A DNA stretch of 12,911 nucleotides from Bacteroidales bacterium (GTDB lineage Bacteria > Bacteroidota > Bacteroidia > Bacteroidales > UBA12077). This document shows positions 7,949 to 12,911 of the stretch, piece by piece. The translations under genes were made by a program, and so were the position numbers. Position 1 is the stretch's first letter. Each line of letters starts with the position of its first letter. Location: positions 1 through 12,911 of the forward strand of contig JANQHR010000135.1 of NCBI GenBank assembly GCA_028282585.1. Reading direction: 5' to 3'. The notes beneath the pieces are model-generated. The model ran no database searches. It saw only the letters and a list, made by a program, of their open reading frames with translations, and was not told the DNA's origin.

Positions 7949-9025
7949 ATGAAAGATCTAAAAACAACAAACATTTTATTACTGATAATAGTTATTCCTT
8001 TGGTTTTTTACCTTCTGAAAATTCTATCATTTATTTTCATTCCGCTGGTATTATCAATGTTCATTTCGTTGCTTTTTCTTCCTTTAATGAGGTGGTTGAA
8101 GAAAAAAGGAATTCCCAGGATAATTAGTATTATCATTGTTGTTGCAATAATCTTTGGAGGTTTAAAACTGGGTGGGGAACTGGTTCAGTTATCAAGCAAT
8201 GAGATTGTGACAGCAGCCAAAGATGGAGAATTTTTTAAAAATGCAGAACAAAAAATACTTGGTTTAATCGTAACAATTGAAAACTTTTTTGGAATTGAAC
8301 GATTGCAGGGAGAAAATGTATTTAAACATTATTTTCAGGAAAATAACTCTTTTGAGCAATTTGGTAATACGATTGACTTTATTACAAACATGCTTACGAT
8401 GACACTAATGACTGCATTTTTTGTAATATTACTATTATCAGGTTCAATAGATTTTCAAAAAATTTTAAACGGTACTCTTTTCAAAATAAAGCACTCTTCT
8501 ACAAAAACTTTCATGAGAATTGAAAAAGACATCGCTAAGTTTGTAAAGGTAAAATTTCTTATTAGCCTGGCTACAGGTATTGGTTTTAGTCTTGCATGCA
8601 TGCTTTTTGATGTGAGCTTTCCAATATTTTGGGGATTGCTTGCTTTTGTTATCAACTTTGTACAAATGATTGGTTCTGTAATCTCTGTAGTTTTACTTTC
8701 TTTGTTTGCGTTTGTTGAGCTTGACCCAAGCGGAACACTCTTATTTTTCATACTCACAATAACAGCTATACAAGTATTAATGGGAGGAATTCTGGAGCCT
8801 GTTTTTATGGGAAAAACATTTTCACTAAATGTAATCACTGTTTTAATCATGCTAATGTTATGGGGTTATATTTGGAACATTCCCGGCCTAATAATGTCTA
8901 TACCAATTACCGTTTTTATAAAGATTATTTTAGAGCAGTATCCAAAAACAAAGGTAATTGCTGACCTAATGGCAGGTTCAGAAGTTCAACTAAATTTTAA
9001 AAGAAAAACAGGTTTAAAAAAATAA
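7949..9025 (+). CDS. AI-2E family transporter (PerM/TqsA, UPF0118)
   Basis: Hydrophobic ~358-aa ORF (ATG at 7949 preferred over TTG at 7943). FWGLLAFVINFVQMIGS, LEPVFMGKTFSLN and WGYIWNIPGLIMSIPIT motifs. Confidence 0.9.
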   Translation: MKDLKTTNILLLIIVIPLVFYLLKILSFIFIPLVLSMFISLLFLPLMRWLKKKGIPRIISIIIVVAIIFGGLKLGGELVQLSSNEIVTAAKDGEFFKNAEQKILGLIVTIENFFGIERLQGENVFKHYFQENNSFEQFGNTIDFITNMLTMTLMTAFFVILLLSGSIDFQKILNGTLFKIKHSSTKTFMRIEKDIAKFVKVKFLISLATGIGFSLACMLFDVSFPIFWGLLAFVINFVQMIGSVISVVLLSLFAFVELDPSGTLLFFILTITAIQVLMGGILEPVFMGKTFSLNVITVLIMLMLWGYIWNIPGLIMSIPITVFIKIILEQYPKTKVIADLMAGSEVQLNFKRKTGLKK

Positions 9026-9075
9026 ATTATGAATTGTACGCCTAAAAAATCGTACAAACTTAAGATACAAAATAT

Positions 9076-10608
9076 ATGGCAACTAAAACAAAACCATCTG
9101 TAACACAACGTTTCCTAAATATCATTGAACGTGGAGGAAATGCTTTACCACATCCTGCAACCCTGTTTCTGCTTATGGCAGTAGCAACATTAGCAATCTC
9201 ATTATTAGGACATTTATTAAATTGGGAAGTCATTCATCCTGCAACAAAAGAATTAGTTACTACAAAAAATCTTTTGTCGGCAGATGGCTTGCATTTCATT
9301 CTTGAAGAAACAGTCAGGAATTTTACAGATTTTGCACCACTTGGTATTGTTTTAGTAGCTATGCTGGGCATAGGTATTGCCGAAAGTAGTGGTTTAATTG
9401 CAGTAGTTATACGCTTGCTGGTTTTAAAAGCCCCTAAAAACATGTTAACTTTTGTTTTGGTGTTTGCAGGTATACTCTCAAATATGGCAAGCGATATTGG
9501 CTATGTGCTCCTTATACCCATGGCAGGCGTAATTTTCATAGCTGTTGGCCGTCATCCAATTGTAGGAATGGCTGCTGCCTTTGCTGGTGTTTCAGGAGGG
9601 TTCAGCGCTAATCTTTTTTTGGGCACAATTGACCCGCTACTGGCTGGTTTATCACAGGAAGCAGCTCAAATTATTGATCCAAATTATACTGTCAACCCCA
9701 CGGCAAACTATTATTTCATGATTATCTCAACATTTATGATATCATTGATAGGTACATGGATAACTGAAAAAATTATTGCCCCTCGTTTTGGGAATTATAA
9801 TAGTGAACCTGGCGAAAATGAAAAGCTGGAGTCTTTAACTAAAAGTGAAAAAAAAGGTTTGCTAAATGCTTCCCTTGTTTTTTTAGGCTTCATGGTCCTA
9901 TTACTGATTGGTTCAATTCCAGAGAATGGTATTTTGCGGGACGTTAATGGTTCGTTGTTACACTCACCTTTATTGAAAGGCGTAGTTACCTTACTTTTTT
10001 TAATAGCAGGAGCAATGGGAATCGTTTATGGTCTTACTGTTGGCAAATTTAAAAACGACAGTGACGTCATGAACGGCATGGCTGAAAATATGAAAACCCT
10101 GGCCACATACATGGTATTGGTTTTTTTTGCTGCACAATTCGTCGCATACTTTAAAGTGAGTAACCTTGGAATAATTTTAGCTGTTAATGGAGCCGAAGCT
10201 CTGAAAGAAGCTAACCTGAACATTTACATCTTAATGATACTTTTTATTCTTTTTGCAGCAATGATTAATATGTTAATGGGAAGTGCTTCTGCAAAATGGG
10301 CCATACTCGCTCCCATATTTATCCCCATTTTCATGCTCATGGGTTATTCCCCCGAATTGTCCCAGGCCGTTTTCAGAATTGGCGATAGTGTAACAAACAT
10401 TATTTCTCCAATGATGAGCTTTTTCGCGCTTATCATTGCTTTTTTTCAGAAATATGATAAAAAAGCTGGAATTGGAACAATTATTTCAACAATGTTGCCC
10501 TATTCTATTTTATTCTTTATTGCATGGACCGTACTGCTTATTTTATGGATTTATTTCAAAATTCCTCTGGGGCCCGATTCCCCTCTTTTTTATGAAATTA
10601 ATAATTGA
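9076..10608 (+). CDS. abgT: AbgT family transporter (p-aminobenzoyl-glutamate / YdaH-MtrF family)
   Basis: FLNIIERGGNALPHP, NFTDFAPLG, GRHPIVG..AAFAGVSGGFSAN, GSASAKW and RIGDSVTNIISP are AbgT hallmarks. Confidence 0.95.
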   Translation: MATKTKPSVTQRFLNIIERGGNALPHPATLFLLMAVATLAISLLGHLLNWEVIHPATKELVTTKNLLSADGLHFILEETVRNFTDFAPLGIVLVAMLGIGIAESSGLIAVVIRLLVLKAPKNMLTFVLVFAGILSNMASDIGYVLLIPMAGVIFIAVGRHPIVGMAAAFAGVSGGFSANLFLGTIDPLLAGLSQEAAQIIDPNYTVNPTANYYFMIISTFMISLIGTWITEKIIAPRFGNYNSEPGENEKLESLTKSEKKGLLNASLVFLGFMVLLLIGSIPENGILRDVNGSLLHSPLLKGVVTLLFLIAGAMGIVYGLTVGKFKNDSDVMNGMAENMKTLATYMVLVFFAAQFVAYFKVSNLGIILAVNGAEALKEANLNIYILMILFILFAAMINMLMGSASAKWAILAPIFIPIFMLMGYSPELSQAVFRIGDSVTNIISPMMSFFALIIAFFQKYDKKAGIGTIISTMLPYSILFFIAWTVLLILWIYFKIPLGPDSPLFYEINN

Positions 10609-10748
10609 CCATTAAAATCTTCTTTGAAATTATTTTAACATCAAATTATGTAATAATATCAACTGCATTTAGGGATGTACAAAATGAGAGGCCAATTTTA
10701 ATCTATGGTAATGCAAGTTGCTTTAAAAACCAAGACTAAGATCGCTAT

Positions 10749-10861
10749 TTGCTTTTGAAAAATACAATTAATACTTCAAAATTACCTTTGAAAAATATTA
10801 TAAAACAGAAATATTTCCTTTGAAAAATTGATATATTTCCATAATATTGCTTTTGATTTAA
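10749..10861 (+). repeat. Four phased direct repeats TTNCYTTTGAAAAAT at 32-33-bp period upstream of the ATPase
   Basis: Units start at 10749, 10782, 10814 and 10847 (the last diverges after TTTGA). A weaker copy lies at 10718. Confidence 0.7.
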
Positions 10862-10894
10862 ATAAATAGTTACACCTATTTTATATTAACAAAG

Positions 10895-12208
10895 ATGTAT
10901 TTAAAGCGAAATATAGATAAGGAATTAAATAATTGGAAAGAGGAAGTAGAACGAAAACCACTACTAGTTAGAGGGGCAAGGCAAGTTGGCAAGTCTTCAT
11001 CAATAAGGAAACTAGGGGAAAGTTTTGATTCTTTTCTGGAAATTAACTTTGAAGAACACAAAAAGGTTCATTCTCTATTTGAAGGAGATCTGACCCCGCA
11101 AATCTTATGTGAGAACCTGTCTATCATGTTCGATATGGAAATCATTGAAGGAAAGACCTTACTTTTTTTTGATGAGATCCAGGCTTGCCTTCCTGCAATT
11201 TCATCTTTACGCTTTTTTTATGAAAAGATGCCCCGGTTACATGTTGTAGCTGCTGGTTCATTATTAGAATTTGCACTTGCAGAAATTCCTTCATTTGGTG
11301 TAGGAAGGATACGATTCCTTTATATGTACCCATTGTCTTTTGACGAATTTCTTTTAGGAATAGGACAAATGAAGCTTCTGGAAATTAAAAGGAAAGCAAG
11401 TGCACAAAATCCCTTATCAGTGCCGATTCACGAGAGATTATTAGATCTGCTTAAGAAGTTTCTAATTATTGGTGGAATGCCGGAGGTAGTAGAAAAATAT
11501 GTAACTCAAAATGATTTAAGGGGATGTCAAAGGATATTAGATGATCTAATAAGCTCTTTTCGAACGGATTTTACAAAATATAAGAACAAAGTACCTTCAT
11601 CACGCATTAGGGAAGTTTTTGAATCGGTTGTTCATCAGGCTGGTGGAAAATTTGTATATAAAAAAGCATCTCAAAATTTGAATACTATGCAGATAAAGGA
11701 GGCTCTTGAATTACTAATTATGGCAGGACTTGTTGTTCCGGTAACCCATACATCAGCAAATGGTATTCCGATGGGGGCAGAAGTTAACCCTAAAAAACGG
11801 AAAATGCTTTTGATAGACACTGGTATTTTCCAGCGCTTAATGCAACTTGACATTTCCGAATTACTTTTCAGTAATGAATTTAATTTGGTTAACAAGGGAG
11901 GGATTGCAGAACAGTTTATTGGGTTGGAAATATTAAAGAATACATCCTGCTACAATCAAACAGAATTATTTTATTGGCACCGGGAAGCGCTAAACAGCAA
12001 TGCTGAAGTTGATTATTTAATCCAGAAAAGTAATGACATCCTCCCTATTGAAGTCAAATCTGGCTCGAAAGGATCCATGAATAGTATGTTTTTATTTTTA
12101 AAAGAAAAAAAGGCAAAATATGGGTGCCGGCTATCTTTGGAAAATTTTGCTGAATATGAAAATATTAACGTTTATCCGCTATATGCTTTTTCAAATATCC
12201 TGAATTAA
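10895..12208 (+). CDS. AAA+ ATPase (AAA_14) with C-terminal DUF4143
   Basis: 437 aa. Walker A GARQVGKS, Walker B LLFFDEIQ, GSLL, MYPLSFDEFL, GGMPE and C-terminal FYWH...EVDY...PIEVKSG. Confidence 0.92.
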   Translation: MYLKRNIDKELNNWKEEVERKPLLVRGARQVGKSSSIRKLGESFDSFLEINFEEHKKVHSLFEGDLTPQILCENLSIMFDMEIIEGKTLLFFDEIQACLPAISSLRFFYEKMPRLHVVAAGSLLEFALAEIPSFGVGRIRFLYMYPLSFDEFLLGIGQMKLLEIKRKASAQNPLSVPIHERLLDLLKKFLIIGGMPEVVEKYVTQNDLRGCQRILDDLISSFRTDFTKYKNKVPSSRIREVFESVVHQAGGKFVYKKASQNLNTMQIKEALELLIMAGLVVPVTHTSANGIPMGAEVNPKKRKMLLIDTGIFQRLMQLDISELLFSNEFNLVNKGGIAEQFIGLEILKNTSCYNQTELFYWHREALNSNAEVDYLIQKSNDILPIEVKSGSKGSMNSMFLFLKEKKAKYGCRLSLENFAEYENINVYPLYAFSNILN

Positions 12209-12239
12209 TGCGACAAAACCGAACTTCATCCAATAGATA

Positions 12240-12816
12240 TTACAAATCAAATAATCGATTTAAATGTCGTTCATAGATATTTTCTTTAACACATTCTCCA
12301 ACCCCATCGGAATATTTTTAAAGCATATGGATGTAACCATCTCCCATTTCTGCTGCGATTTTATAAGCAACATGAATTAACTGCCTGAAATTGCGGTTAT
12401 AACCTGGGTGGTCGGGAATATGTCGAAGCGTATTTGCAAATTTCTTTCCTGTCCATTTTTCCACTTCCTCAACAGTAGGTAATTGTTCTCGTTTAATATC
12501 AATAACTGTTGCATAAGGGTCTGATAATTCTTTATTTTTTGATAATGCCTCAGAAATATATCTTTTTGGCAAGCATTAAAGACTCATCACTTGCCAGCGA
12601 AAGACCAATTACTTCCTCTAACCAAGTCGTTCCCGCAGTTTTTATATGAATACCTTTATCATGTTTTTTAATCAATTCACCCATAATTGGATAAATACTA
12701 AATTTATCACTGCCCGAATGAATACTCAGCTTCAGGTTTGCAGGTAAACCAAATTCTTTCATTGCAAAATCAACAACAAGTAAACCTTGTTCAAACTCTG
12801 TTTTAAAAAGATCTAG
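12240..12816 (-). pseudogene. uxaE: Tagaturonate/fructuronate epimerase 3' portion, with insertion, frameshift and nonsense codon
   Basis: LKLSIHSGSDKFSIY, HIKTAGTTWLEE, PYATVIDI, FRQLIHVAYK and ENIYERHL match UxaE. +1 frameshift at ~12554-12556, premature TAA at 12318-12320, natural stop at 12240-12242. Homology ends at CTAG 12813-12816. Confidence 0.88.
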
Positions 12817-12911
12817 TGCTTCAATTCATAAATCCGAACCTTATTTTCATCTCCCTTTTTCCTTTCTGCTTCGTTAAAAAATCGTTTATCCGGCAGCTGC
12901 CGGACTATGCG
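12813..12911. mobile_element. Left half of a second MITE-like fold-back element, cut by the window end
   Basis: Starts CTAGTG. 12872-12911 is identical to 3127-3165 apart from one extra G and includes the palindrome TCCGGCAGCTGCCGGA (12889-12904). It interrupts uxaE. Confidence 0.8.

Noticed and set aside
10749-10861. The 33-bp periodic repeats as a degenerate CRISPR array
   Set aside because: Repeats of ~15 bp with ~18-bp spacers are too short, and no cas genes are present.
152-11895. Short alternative ORFs in the track (e.g. 152..418, 716..898, 2749..2949, 3627..3995, 4011..4241, 4949..5167, 5092..5295, 6719..6982, 8455..8850, 9234..9443, 10026..10223, 10876..11061, 11142..11333, 11671..11895)
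   Set aside because: All lie antisense to well-supported genes or gene remnants and show no recognisable motifs, so they are shadow ORFs.

Overview
AT-rich bacterial window, most likely Bacteroidota (TAnnTTTG promoter motif, Bacteroidota-type USP, NtpK and UxaE sequences); all family calls are from motif recognition, not database searches. Left to right: an APC amino-acid permease with a degenerate PTS EIIA-like domain and a TrkA-C/RCK_C tail (minus strand), divergent from three universal stress protein genes; an unannotated frameshifted V-type ATPase subunit K (ntpK) remnant with a terminator; a HisKA_3 kinase and NarL/LuxR response regulator pair; a truncated nhaA; AI-2E and AbgT transporters; an AAA_14/DUF4143 ATPase preceded by phased ~33-bp repeats; and a uxaE pseudogene. 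The most striking feature is a ~170-bp fold-back element inserted at CTAG in the first USP gene, whose removal restores the native reading frame. A second, partial element at the window end interrupts uxaE at CTAG. It shares the 39-nt central core and the end-to-centre spacing, but its left arm differs. Three phased TAGG-N6-CCTW palindromes in the divergent promoter look like operators for the NarL-type regulator.
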